NCBI GenBank assembly: GCA_036407055.1
Contig: DASWZY010000062.1
Location: 1-50,737, forward strand
DNA from: Candidatus Binatia bacterium
GTDB taxonomy: Bacteria > Desulfobacterota > Binatia > UBA9968
Direction: 5' to 3'
Length of the DNA stretch: 50,737 bases
Below are positions 26,259 to 35,545 of the stretch, one piece after another. The notes below the pieces were generated by a model. The model saw nothing but the letters and a program-made list of their open reading frames with translations. It was not told the DNA's origin and made no database searches. Made by a program: the position numbers and the translations under genes. Positions within the stretch are counted from its first letter, which is position 1; every line of letters begins with the position of its first letter.

Positions 26259-27229
26259 AGGTCGTTTACAAAAACGGTAAGATTCTCACGCCGCAGCTTG
26301 AGCTCAACGCAGCCGAGCACTGCAACCTGCGCTGCGTGGAATGCAGTCATCTCTCGCCCTACGTGCCGACGGCGCTGGCGGAAACGGCCTGGGTCCGGCG
26401 CGACCTCGCCGCGCTGGCGCCGGTGCTGCATTGCGAAGCTTTCCGCTTCGTGGGCGGCGAGCCCCTGCTGAACAAGAACCTCCTCGAGCTGGTTCGCGCC
26501 GTGCGCGAAAGCGCAATCGCCGACCGCATCGTCGTCGTGAGCAACGGAACGCTCATCGACCGAATTGGCGATGATTTCTTTCAGTCGATCGACGCCCTCG
26601 ACATTTCGCGCTATCCGGAGACGGACGTCGACGCCGCCAAGATCGATATCGCCCGCACGCGCTGCGCGAGATTTGCCGTCCAGCTTTCCGTGAACGACAA
26701 GCCGCAGTTTCGCAAGGTTCAGATCGATCGCGAGATCGAGGACGAGGCGATCGTGCGGATGATCTATGGCTCATGCCGGAACGCGCACATGTCGGTCTGC
26801 CATGCGTTCCACAACGGCTACTACTATAAATGCTCGCGGCCGATCTTCAGCGATCGCTACCTCGCGCTGAAGGGCACGCCCGTCCAGGACCTGGCGCACG
26901 CCGACGGTGTCTCTCTTCACGGCGCCGATCTACTCGCGCGGCTCGCGTCCTATATCGAAGAGGAAGCGCCGCTCCGGTCCTGCCGGTACTGCCTCGGGAC
27001 CGCCGGCAAAAACGTGACGCAGCGCCAGATGTCGCGCGAGGAGGCGCGTAGCGCGGAAGCCGACCCGCGGCCGGCCGGCGAGCTACTGGATTGGAAACTG
27101 CTGCGCTTCGACCTTCGGCTCCGGCGCGTGCTGGACGGCATCGACGGTATTGTGCCTAATCCTTCGATCAGGCATGCGCTTATGCGCGTCGCCGACCGGC
27201 TGCGGCCGAAACGGACGCGGATGGAATAG
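26255..27229 (+). CDS. Radical SAM protein of unknown function
   Basis: The motif CNLRCVEC (CxxxCxxC) lies about 22 aa from the N-terminus. The GTG start overlaps the thiI stop (GTGA). Additional C-terminal cysteines are present (CRYCLG). Confidence 0.7.
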   Translation: MKVVYKNGKILTPQLELNAAEHCNLRCVECSHLSPYVPTALAETAWVRRDLAALAPVLHCEAFRFVGGEPLLNKNLLELVRAVRESAIADRIVVVSNGTLIDRIGDDFFQSIDALDISRYPETDVDAAKIDIARTRCARFAVQLSVNDKPQFRKVQIDREIEDEAIVRMIYGSCRNAHMSVCHAFHNGYYYKCSRPIFSDRYLALKGTPVQDLAHADGVSLHGADLLARLASYIEEEAPLRSCRYCLGTAGKNVTQRQMSREEARSAEADPRPAGELLDWKLLRFDLRLRRVLDGIDGIVPNPSIRHALMRVADRLRPKRTRME

Positions 27230-27319
27230 GCTGAGGGCACGGCAGATCGCGTCGCTCGTTCGAATACACGCGGATCAGCCCGAGGGCGAAGAGAATTCAG
27301 CGCTCCGTTAGGAGCGGTT

Positions 27320-28291
27320 TCAGAGATAGCTCTGGATCTCCTGCAGGCTCGCCGGGAAGAACAGCTCTTCGATCGCGAATTTCTTTCTGATCATCCCCTG
27401 CTCGTGCTCGTAGCGCACGGCCGCCTCGAGCGCCTTGCGGTTTTGCTCGAGGTTATACGGCCAAGGATCGGGACCGAAAATCTTTCTCTGCTCCTGCAGC
27501 GCCTCTTTGAACCATACGATGATCGAATTGCGCGGGTCCTGGTAGCGCTCGTAACACATCTCCTTCGAGCGCTGGAGCGCCTGAAGGAGGCTCACGGCCA
27601 CCCAGGGATTTTTTTCGAGGATGTGGCCTTTGACGACGACGGTGTGCATGATCGGATAGATGCCGCTTTTCTTGTAATACTCGATCTCCGCCGCCTTGGG
27701 GTCCGGAAACAGGAGCGCGACGCGCGGCGAGGCGTTTTTTATCGACGGCAAAGTCTCGGGATAGAGCGCGCCCTCCAATTCGCCGTCGACGAGCATCTGA
27801 TCGATATTCTTCCCCTTCGGCACGCGATGGAGCTTCATCCACTTCGCCGGCTCGAAAGCGACGTCCTCCTCCTCCTGGCACCACCATTCGACGCTCTTTA
27901 GATCGACGCCGTAATGGTCCTGCAAAATGCCGCGCATCCACAGCCCGGCGGAATTTTGCAGCGTATCGAGGCCGACGCGCTTGCCGTTCAGATCCGACGG
28001 CCGCTCGATGCCGGCGTCCGTCCGCTTCACCATGTAGCTATGGCGGAACCGCCGGTGCGGAAACGCCGGAATCGCGCGAAACGTTCGCCCCTGGTCGAGT
28101 GCGACGAGATAGGCGATAAGCGAGAGCTCGCAGACGTCGAATTCCTCGTGGCGCAGCATGCGGCCGTGGCGCTCGGGCGACGCCATCGTGACCACGTTGA
28201 GATCGATCCCCGCGGGCGCGACGGTGCCTTCCATCAGCGGGCGCAACAAGTCGTATGCGCCGCACGCGAGCGTAAGCTTCAGTCGTGACAT
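27320..28291 (-). CDS. 4,5-dihydroxyphthalate decarboxylase (PhtD)-like protein with a binding-protein fold, cytoplasmic
   Basis: The N-terminus LKLTLACGAYDLLRPLMEGTV..GIDLN...FDVCELSL matches my recollection of the PhtD family pattern. No signal peptide is present. Confidence 0.6.
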   Translation of the reverse strand: MSRLKLTLACGAYDLLRPLMEGTVAPAGIDLNVVTMASPERHGRMLRHEEFDVCELSLIAYLVALDQGRTFRAIPAFPHRRFRHSYMVKRTDAGIERPSDLNGKRVGLDTLQNSAGLWMRGILQDHYGVDLKSVEWWCQEEEDVAFEPAKWMKLHRVPKGKNIDQMLVDGELEGALYPETLPSIKNASPRVALLFPDPKAAEIEYYKKSGIYPIMHTVVVKGHILEKNPWVAVSLLQALQRSKEMCYERYQDPRNSIIVWFKEALQEQRKIFGPDPWPYNLEQNRKALEAAVRYEHEQGMIRKKFAIEELFFPASLQEIQSYL

Positions 28292-28879
28292 TCAGTTGCC
28301 TCCTATGCGCCGGCGGTATTCCTCCGGCGTGTCGATGTCGTACGTAATGCCTTCGTCGTCGGTCTCCACCTCGACCGTTTCCTTCGCGTGCGCGCGCACG
28401 ACGCTTTTCGCGCCTTCATCGAGCGGCGACGCAAGCAATTCCGGAAACAACCCCCGTGAGAAAATCACCGGGTGGCCGCGGCGCCCGCGGCATACCGGAA
28501 CGACGATCAGCGGCTGCGACGCATAAAATGCCTCGATCATGCGGTCGACGAGCGCTGCGTCGATGAAAGGATGGTCCACGAGATGAAGCACGATTCCGTC
28601 GATGGCGTCGTTATCCAGCTCGCGCAATGCGACCTGGAGCGAAGAGAGCTGGCCGCGCGAATAATCGGGGTTCACCAGGATCGTCACGGGCAGCTGGCGG
28701 ATCTTCTCTTCGAGCGCCCGGGCGTTGTGGCCGAGCACGACGAAGATTTTTTCGACGCGCGTTCGGCGCAGGGCGTTGACGATCCGCTCGAGAAAAAAGC
28801 TGTCGCCCACCGGCAGCAACGCCTTGGGGCGCCCCATGCGGCTCGATTCGCCCGCTGAAAGGACGACGGCGACGACCAT
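28292..28879 (-). CDS. MocA/MobA-like nucleotidyltransferase (molybdenum cofactor cytidylyl/guanylyl-transferase family)
   Basis: The motif VVLSAGESSRMGRPKALLPV is typical of NTP_transf_3 proteins. It abuts the PhtD-like gene with no gap. Confidence 0.7.
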   Translation of the reverse strand: MVVAVVLSAGESSRMGRPKALLPVGDSFFLERIVNALRRTRVEKIFVVLGHNARALEEKIRQLPVTILVNPDYSRGQLSSLQVALRELDNDAIDGIVLHLVDHPFIDAALVDRMIEAFYASQPLIVVPVCRGRRGHPVIFSRGLFPELLASPLDEGAKSVVRAHAKETVEVETDDEGITYDIDTPEEYRRRIGGN

Positions 28880-28940
28880 AATCCGAAATCTTCCTACAAA
28901 CCGTCCGGACCGTCAATCGCGCGACCGGCCACGAAACTGG

Positions 28941-30014
28941 TTATTTCGACGGATGGATGAGCTTTTGCAGCTTTGCCTTGAGCTCCGGGGACATGCCCAA
29001 GAATTCTGTCACGAGCTTTTGCGTACGCTGCGCCGACAGCGGCTTGATCTCGAGCCGCCCTTTCTCGGCTTCCGCCAGCAGATCCTTGTCCGCGAACGCC
29101 TTTGCGAACGCGGTCTCCAGCGCCATGGCGCGGTCCGCCGGCACACCGGTCGCGAGCAGATACACCTTGCCGAACTGGTTGGGCACGCTCGTGCCGAAGC
29201 GCAGGAGCTGCCGCTGCTCGTCGCTTTTCGCGAGCATTGGAATCGTCGGCACGTTAGCCGACGGCAAGTCCGGCAGGGACTCGTCGCCCATCTGGGCAAG
29301 GATGGTCCATTCGCCGGTCTTAAATTTATCCATCGAAGTAACCTTGCTCGATGTCCAGGTGTTGAAGAATCCGTCGACCTCGCCGCTGTCGATCGCAAGC
29401 CGCACGTCGGCGGTGCCCTTGTACCCCGCTACGAGCTTGATGTTCGCCCCGAGGACGTCGCGCACGATGATCGGCGCGTGCTCCACCGTCGAGCCCGGAA
29501 TGCCGCCGAGGACGACCTGCTTGCCCTTCGGCCCGAGCATGTCGTCGAAGCGAGAAACCCCGGGTTTTTTGCTGACGATTAAAAGATAGGTTTCCTCCAC
29601 CGGCACGGCGAGGTAGCGCAGCTTCGCCATGTCGAACTGCACCGCCGGCGTGCCGAAAAGCTGCTCCAGGATAATCGGGCCGGAGATGTTGCCGACGACC
29701 GTGCCGTCCTTCGGCGCCGCGTTAGCGACGGTGTTGGCCGCGAGAATACTGCCGGCGCCGGCCATGTTCTCGACGATGACGTTCGGGGTGCCCGGAATGT
29801 ATTTTCCGAGATACCGCGCCACCAGGCGCGAGTATAAGTCGTAGCCGCCGCCCGCGGAGAAGCCGACGATGATGCGGACGGTTTTCCCCTTGTAGAAATC
29901 CGCGACTGCTTTTTCATTGAAAGCAGGCTTCTCGGCGGCGAACGAATGGCCTACCAAGACCGACAACGCCAACCAGAAAGCCGCCGACAATATCGCGCGC
30001 GGAGTGACTTTCAT
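28941..30014 (-). CDS. Bug/TctC-family tripartite tricarboxylate transporter substrate-binding protein
   Basis: It has a signal peptide, then the motifs IIVGFSAGGGYDLYSRLVA and VENMAGAGS. Confidence 0.8.
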   Translation of the reverse strand: MKVTPRAILSAAFWLALSVLVGHSFAAEKPAFNEKAVADFYKGKTVRIIVGFSAGGGYDLYSRLVARYLGKYIPGTPNVIVENMAGAGSILAANTVANAAPKDGTVVGNISGPIILEQLFGTPAVQFDMAKLRYLAVPVEETYLLIVSKKPGVSRFDDMLGPKGKQVVLGGIPGSTVEHAPIIVRDVLGANIKLVAGYKGTADVRLAIDSGEVDGFFNTWTSSKVTSMDKFKTGEWTILAQMGDESLPDLPSANVPTIPMLAKSDEQRQLLRFGTSVPNQFGKVYLLATGVPADRAMALETAFAKAFADKDLLAEAEKGRLEIKPLSAQRTQKLVTEFLGMSPELKAKLQKLIHPSK

Positions 30015-30128
30015 GAATTCCTCCGATCCATGTCTCTATATCGAGAGCACCGCCGAGTATGCATTGGCGCAAACGTCCGAACCGCCCAAGGGTGTACAAC
30101 AAACATTTTTAGCCGTCAATTGGGCCGC

Positions 30129-30158
30129 TTGACACTCCACGCGCATAACTTCTATGGT
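30129..30158 (+). promoter_or_regulatory. Possible sigma-70-type promoter for the SDR gene
   Basis: TTGACA (30129-30134) is followed by an 18-nt spacer and then TATGGT (30153-30158). If real, it favours ATG 30193 over ATG 30154 as the start. Confidence 0.25.
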
Positions 30159-30192
30159 AAACGCGATCGAGAATATCCAGCGAGGTACAGCC

Positions 30193-30963
30193 ATGATCCA
30201 GGGACTCAAAGATAAAGTCGTCATTGTCACAGGCGCCGGACACGGCATCGGCAGGGCCTATTCCCGCGGCTTCGCCGATGCCGGCGCGCGCGTCGCGGTT
30301 ACGGACATCGACGGCCCGGCCGCCGAAAAAGTAGCGGGCGAAATCTCCGGCAAGGCCGAGGGACGCGCCATCTCTATCCGCGTCGATGTGGCCGACGAGC
30401 AGTCGACCAAGCAGATGGCGAAGACCGTCCTCGACCGCTTCGGCCGCATCGACTTTCTGATCAACAACGCAGCCATCTTCGCGACCATCCCGATGAACCG
30501 CGGCGGCATCGAGACGATCGACCCGGCCGAATGGGACCGCATGATGGCGGTCAATCTCAGAGGCGTTTTCTTCTGCTGCCGCGCCGTGCTGCCGACGATG
30601 CGCGCGCAGAAATCCGGCAAGATCGTCAACATCGCCTCCGGCACGGTGCTCTCCGGCAGCTTGGGGCGCATCCACTACGTGACGTCCAAGGCGGGAGTCA
30701 TCGGCTTCACCCGCACGCTCGCGCGCGAGGTCGGCGGCGATAATATCCAGGTTAACTGTATCGCGCCGGGCTCGACGCTCTCGGAGGATAATCCGACCGA
30801 GGAGATTCTCCGCATGCGCCAGGCGCCCGTACAGGGGCGGTCGCTCAAGCGCGTGCAGAAGCCCGAGGATCTTGTCGGCGCGATGCTCTTTCTCTGCTCG
30901 CCGCTGAGCGACTTCATGACCGGTCAGACCGTCTCTATCGACGGCGGCCAGAACTTCCTCTAG
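30193..30963 (+). CDS. SDR-family oxidoreductase
   Basis: The cofactor motif is VTGAGHGIGRAYS. The catalytic motif is YVTSKAG. Confidence 0.85.
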   Translation: MIQGLKDKVVIVTGAGHGIGRAYSRGFADAGARVAVTDIDGPAAEKVAGEISGKAEGRAISIRVDVADEQSTKQMAKTVLDRFGRIDFLINNAAIFATIPMNRGGIETIDPAEWDRMMAVNLRGVFFCCRAVLPTMRAQKSGKIVNIASGTVLSGSLGRIHYVTSKAGVIGFTRTLAREVGGDNIQVNCIAPGSTLSEDNPTEEILRMRQAPVQGRSLKRVQKPEDLVGAMLFLCSPLSDFMTGQTVSIDGGQNFL

Positions 30964-30975
30964 GCCGAGACGACG

Positions 30976-31962
30976 ATGCCTCGCCTTCGCCTCTTCGCTC
31001 TTGTCGCCGCCCTAAGCTTCATCCTGCCGGCGCTCGCGCCGGCGCAGATGATCCGGCTAAAGACCTCTTACAGCTCGATCACGGCAAACAACGCCCCCGT
31101 ATGGATCGCGAAGGACAAGGGCATCTTCGCGAAGCATCGCCTCGACGTGCAGCTGGTGCTGATCGAAAGCGGGACGACCTCGATTCAGGCGCTGGTCGCC
31201 GGCGAGACCCAGATCGCACAGCTTTCCGGCGGCGTGATCCTCAGCAGCGGCCTTGCGGGATCGGACGTCGTCTGTATCTCGGGCCTCGAGAACCGCTCGG
31301 CGTTCAGTCTCATCGCGCAGAAAGAAATCAAAAGCGCCGAGCAGCTCAAAGGCAAGCGCCTGGCGATCTCCCGCTTCGGCAGCGCGTCGGATCTCGCCGC
31401 CCGGCTCATTCTCCAAAAGCTCGGATTGAACGCGGATAAGGACGTGACGCTGCTTCAGGTGGGCGGCACGAGCACGCGCCTCGCGGCGATTACAAAGGGC
31501 GCCGTCGAATCGACGGTGATCACGCCGGAATTTTACATCCTGGCGAAAAAAGCCGGCATGACCACGCTCGCCGATCCGCTGTCGGCGAAAATCGATTTCC
31601 CGCAGAATACGATCGGCACGGCGCGCGCTATGCTGAAGTCGCAGGCCGAGACGGTGAATTTATACTTGAAGTCGATCGTCGAAGCGATCCACTACTTCAA
31701 GACCAACCGCGAGGAGACGATCCCGATACTCTCGAAGTATCTGAAGATCGCCGACAAGGACGCGCTCGCCCAGATTTACGATCTCTACAAGAACATTCTC
31801 CAGCCGCTGCCGCTGCCGACGCCGGAAGGCATGCAACTCCTGCTCGGCTGGATCGCGCAGTCGGATCCGCGCGCGAAGGGCGCCAAGGCCGATCAGTTCA
31901 TCGACAACGGGCCGCTGCGGGAGATCGAGAAGAGCGGCTTCGTCACGGCGTTGTACCGCTAG
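30976..31962 (+). CDS. NMT1/THI5-like (NitT/TauT-type) ABC transporter substrate-binding protein
   Basis: It has a signal peptide. The overall pattern is shared with the paralogue at 36103..37095 (IFAK.. and ..KGKR.AISR.GS motifs). Confidence 0.7.
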   Translation: MPRLRLFALVAALSFILPALAPAQMIRLKTSYSSITANNAPVWIAKDKGIFAKHRLDVQLVLIESGTTSIQALVAGETQIAQLSGGVILSSGLAGSDVVCISGLENRSAFSLIAQKEIKSAEQLKGKRLAISRFGSASDLAARLILQKLGLNADKDVTLLQVGGTSTRLAAITKGAVESTVITPEFYILAKKAGMTTLADPLSAKIDFPQNTIGTARAMLKSQAETVNLYLKSIVEAIHYFKTNREETIPILSKYLKIADKDALAQIYDLYKNILQPLPLPTPEGMQLLLGWIAQSDPRAKGAKADQFIDNGPLREIEKSGFVTALYR

Positions 31963-32737
31963 CCGCCGCCTTGCGCTTCAAATAGAAGTACATCCGCCAG
32001 CGATAATTGATCAGGCCGATGTACTCGTAGATCGCCTCGCCGATTTTGTCCGCGGCGTCCTCGCCTACCAAGTCCCAACTGCCGTCGCCGGCATAGCTGA
32101 AATCTCCCGGCGCAGCCAGCGGCTCCGGCGCCAAGGCGCCGAACGCCAGCATGCTGCGCGGCATGTGCGTCGCCGACGTGACGAGCAGATATCTTTTCCA
32201 GCCTTTCTGCCGAAGAATCTTATCGACCTCGATGGCGCTCTCGAAGGTGTCGCGCGAGTACGGCTCGGGAACGATGTGCGCGCGCGGGACGCCCCATAGA
32301 ATCAGATAATCACAGGCGATCTGGTTTTCGTTCTGCGGCTTCGTCCACGGATTGACGTGGCCGCCGGAGACGATGATCGGCCTCGGCCGAATACGGTACA
32401 GCCGCCAGGCCTCGTCGAGACGGTGAAACAGCGGCGCTTCGACCGTGGGGAAAGGAACCGGTCCTCCCGCGGGGATCACCCCGGCCATCAGGACAACGAT
32501 CGCGTCGTACGGCTCGGCGGCGGCCGGCTCGATCAATGGAGCATAGCGCGTTTCCAGCGGATCGCGCAGTAACCGGCTGACCTGAGGACTATGAAAAAGG
32601 AAAATCAGGCCGAAGGCCGCCCAAAAGAGCGCCCGCCCCCATCGTTTGCGCCAGAAGATGCCGGCGAGGAGCAGCAGCACGAACCACGGCATCGGCGGCA
32701 GAATGAGCGGCTTCAAGAATTGTTTCAGCAGAAACAT
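31943..32737 (-). CDS. YdcF/DUF218-family membrane-anchored protein
   Basis: An N-terminal transmembrane region is followed by IVVLMAG, IIVSGGH and LLVTSATHMPRS, the DUF218 pattern. Confidence 0.7.
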   Translation of the reverse strand: MFLLKQFLKPLILPPMPWFVLLLLAGIFWRKRWGRALFWAAFGLIFLFHSPQVSRLLRDPLETRYAPLIEPAAAEPYDAIVVLMAGVIPAGGPVPFPTVEAPLFHRLDEAWRLYRIRPRPIIVSGGHVNPWTKPQNENQIACDYLILWGVPRAHIVPEPYSRDTFESAIEVDKILRQKGWKRYLLVTSATHMPRSMLAFGALAPEPLAAPGDFSYAGDGSWDLVGEDAADKIGEAIYEYIGLINYRWRMYFYLKRKAAASGTTP

Positions 32738-32853
32738 TATCGCCGTTTTATCCGAAGCTTCGCCGGTTTTCCATAACGAATGCTCAGGTATTTACTCTAT
32801 TGCGCGGTAAGGAGATTCGACGCTACGCTGGTTGCTGGAAGGGAGGAGGAAGG

Positions 32854-33333
32854 ATGAAAATCATCTCAATAATCGTTCCGATTGCTGCTTTGGTCTTGAG
32901 CGGCTTCGGCTTCGCGCACGCGGCCGAGCGCGGCCGGGTTCATTGCGGCGGCAATCATCGCATCTCGATCGAGGATCTCGACATGTCGCCGGATCCCGTC
33001 AATCGCGGCGAGCGCGTCCAGAACTGGCGCCTCAAAGTCCACGTCGACGGCTCGGGCGAGTGCGACACGCTTTTCGAGATCCGCGAAAAGCCCGGCGACA
33101 CGGTCGTGGCGCGCGGCGCCACGCACGTCCTGCGCCCGGGGGAAAACGAGATCGTCATTCCCGCGGCGCAAGGCTACCGCTTCAAGAGAAACGAGACTTG
33201 CTTTCAAGTCCTCGCAAACATCGAGAATACGCGCAAGCCGATCGATACCAAGGAGAAGTTCTGCGCCCGGGGGCGCGACGACGGCAAGCGCTACAGCATG
33301 CGCGAGCGCGGCGACCGGCCGGTGCCGCACTAA
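32854..33333 (+). CDS. Secreted hypothetical protein
   Basis: GGAGGAGGAAGG lies upstream of ATG 32854. The signal peptide is MKIISIIVPIAALVLSGFGFAHA. No family was recognised. Confidence 0.5.
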   Translation: MKIISIIVPIAALVLSGFGFAHAAERGRVHCGGNHRISIEDLDMSPDPVNRGERVQNWRLKVHVDGSGECDTLFEIREKPGDTVVARGATHVLRPGENEIVIPAAQGYRFKRNETCFQVLANIENTRKPIDTKEKFCARGRDDGKRYSMRERGDRPVPH

Positions 33334-33363
33334 AATATCTATCGGTGGTCCACGCGCATCCTG

Positions 33364-34377
33364 CTACTGGAACGCCAGCCGCAGGATGCGCTGGATCAGC
33401 GCTTCGTACGACAATCCCGCCTTCATCGCCGACTGGGCGAATTCGTCCTCGCGCTCGAGGTTCGGATTGGGATTTGCCTCGAGAATCACGATCTCCCCCG
33501 CCGGCGTGACGCGGAGATCGATGCGCCCGTAGCCGCGGACGCGGAGCACGCGGTAGGCTTTCTTGCAGATCTCCGCGATGCGCTCGCTCATCTCGCTGTC
33601 GAGACCCTCGGCGAAGATGTTCTGGATGCCCCATTTTTTCCGGTAGGCGTCGTCCCACTTCGCCTTGAAGGTCGAGAAGCGCGGCTGCCCTTCGGGCACC
33701 TCGGCGAAGATCACCTCGCGCAGCGGAAAGACGTTCAGCCGCGCGTTGCCGAGGATGCTGACGTAAAGCTCGCGCCCCTCGATATACTCCTCCGCCAGCG
33801 CCGCCTGATTCATCCGCTCGTGGATGAAGCGGACGCGCTCTTCGAAGGCCTGGTCGTTTTCCACGAAGGAATCTTGCGCGATGCCGTACGACGCCTCCTT
33901 CGCGACCGGCTTGATGAAAAGCGGGAATGCGAGGCGCTTGGGCCGCCGGATCGCGCTGCCGGGCGGGAACACGGCGGAATCCGGCACGCGGATGTGGTGG
34001 TAGGCGAGAATCTCCTTCGCCATGCCTTTATGCTTGCACAGCGTGAGGCCGGTCGGGCCCGAGCCCGTGTAGGGCAGGTCGAGCATCTCGAGCAGACCGG
34101 CGACGTTGCGGTCGTAGGCGGAGCGCGCGTTGAAGTGCTCCGCGAGATTGAAGACGACGTCCGGCGGATGCGCCTTGACTTCAGTGATAATGAGCCCCGG
34201 GTCCTCGTAGACGCCGATCGTCCGCACTTCGTGGCCGAGCTTCGTGAGGGCGTCGATGACGTGCGCCTCAGTCGCCCAATCGTCGGTTTTCAGCTCGCGG
34301 CTGAAGTCCTGGTCGTCCGGCGGCGTTCCCGCCGAATCGAAGAGGACCAGGACTTTATTTTTCCGCCGCGCCGGCAT
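33364..34377 (-). CDS. ATP-grasp enzyme, D-alanine--D-alanine ligase-like
   Basis: A Ddl-type N-domain (KVLVLFDS...HEV) is followed by the ATP-grasp core (LFIKP..EASYGI and EEYIEGRELYVSILGN). Confidence 0.75.
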   Translation of the reverse strand: MPARRKNKVLVLFDSAGTPPDDQDFSRELKTDDWATEAHVIDALTKLGHEVRTIGVYEDPGLIITEVKAHPPDVVFNLAEHFNARSAYDRNVAGLLEMLDLPYTGSGPTGLTLCKHKGMAKEILAYHHIRVPDSAVFPPGSAIRRPKRLAFPLFIKPVAKEASYGIAQDSFVENDQAFEERVRFIHERMNQAALAEEYIEGRELYVSILGNARLNVFPLREVIFAEVPEGQPRFSTFKAKWDDAYRKKWGIQNIFAEGLDSEMSERIAEICKKAYRVLRVRGYGRIDLRVTPAGEIVILEANPNPNLEREDEFAQSAMKAGLSYEALIQRILRLAFQ

Positions 34378-34383
34378 TGAGCG

Positions 34384-35418
34384 TCACGACTCCTTGAATT
34401 TGCCCGTCATGCGGTAATGCGCGGCGAGTGTCGCGAGATAGGCGGCGATTTCGAGGCCGGCGGAATCGGAGCGCACGCGCAGATCGAGCGCGGCGCAGCG
34501 CTCGGTGAGCGCGCGCAGCAGCCGGTCGACGGTGAACTTCGGCTCGCCGGTCCAGGCCGCGACCGCGCTCAGCATCGGCTTGCGGTTGTGCCGGAGAAAA
34601 GCCGCGGCGCGCTCGGCGCCGGGCGCCGACGACGCGGCGGCGAAGAGCTTTTTTAAATCGGCGTCGAAAAATTCCGGAAAGTCCTGCGCGTAGAGCTTGC
34701 GCCGCTTCTTGTAGTAGGCGTCGAGGCGCGAGCGCAGGCGCGACGCCTCGCTCAAGTGGCTGCGCGTCAGCACGAGCGGCTTCTGCCCGGCGAGCTTCGC
34801 CATCATGCGGTCGACGTATTCGAGCTTCTCCAGCGCCTTCCAGCCGCGATACTGGCTCCGCCAGTCGAGCGCCGGCGTGAGCCAGATCGCCAGCGTCTCG
34901 GCGAAGTCCTCCTCGGGATGGCTCTGCGCGTACCAGCCCTCCAGATGGCGCACGAAGCGCTTGCTGTACGGCCGCGCGCGGAAGCTCTCGGAATATTCGT
35001 GCGACGGCGAGCCGAACAGCTTCTGCCACTCCTTGTCCTTCGCGAGCAGATACGCGTGGATGATCACGTGGCCCATCTCGTGGCGCAGCAGCCGCATGCA
35101 CCACTCCTCGGTCCCGCCCTCGACCTCCATCATCATCTTCTCTTCGAGGCGCTTCAGCCGCGGATGCGCGAGGTAGAACGGGATAGCGATGTTCGCCGCG
35201 CCCTCGGCGCAGAACCACTCGTCGCCAAGGTAACACTGCGGCTTCAGCGCGATGCCCTTCTCGCCCAATTCGCGATGGAATCGCGCGATGCGCGCTTCGA
35301 GCTCGCTGCCGGCGATCTGCGCCTTCAAGTCGCAGATGCGCATCTTGAGCAGCTCATCGTCGCTCATCGACGCGAGATCGGGCTGATGCGAAGGTTTTTC
35401 CTTCGTCGCGGGTTCCAT
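34384..35418 (-). CDS. Putative zinc metallopeptidase (HExxH)
   Basis: The motif LLRHEMGHVIIH is present. Size is 344 aa. The stop lies 6 nt upstream of the ATP-grasp gene. Confidence 0.6.
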   Translation of the reverse strand: MEPATKEKPSHQPDLASMSDDELLKMRICDLKAQIAGSELEARIARFHRELGEKGIALKPQCYLGDEWFCAEGAANIAIPFYLAHPRLKRLEEKMMMEVEGGTEEWCMRLLRHEMGHVIIHAYLLAKDKEWQKLFGSPSHEYSESFRARPYSKRFVRHLEGWYAQSHPEEDFAETLAIWLTPALDWRSQYRGWKALEKLEYVDRMMAKLAGQKPLVLTRSHLSEASRLRSRLDAYYKKRRKLYAQDFPEFFDADLKKLFAAASSAPGAERAAAFLRHNRKPMLSAVAAWTGEPKFTVDRLLRALTERCAALDLRVRSDSAGLEIAAYLATLAAHYRMTGKFKES

Positions 35419-35460
35419 GAGGATGCTATTTTAGCAAAGGTGGGTTTCGCGAGCGAACTG

Positions 35461-35544
35461 CCCTCACCCTTCCCTCTCCCACAGGGAGAGGGCACTAAGA
35501 AGTCTTCTCCCTCGCCCCTTTGGGGAAAGGGTCGGTGTGAGGGG
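35461..35544. repeat. GC-rich nested palindromic (REP-like) element
   Basis: The inner hairpin is CCCTCTCC-CACA-GGAGAGGG. There is a second imperfect hairpin around CCCCTTTGGGG. The outer arms are CCCTCACCC and GGTGTGAGGGG. It is intergenic, between 35418 and 35546. Confidence 0.55.
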
Positions 35545-35545
35545 T

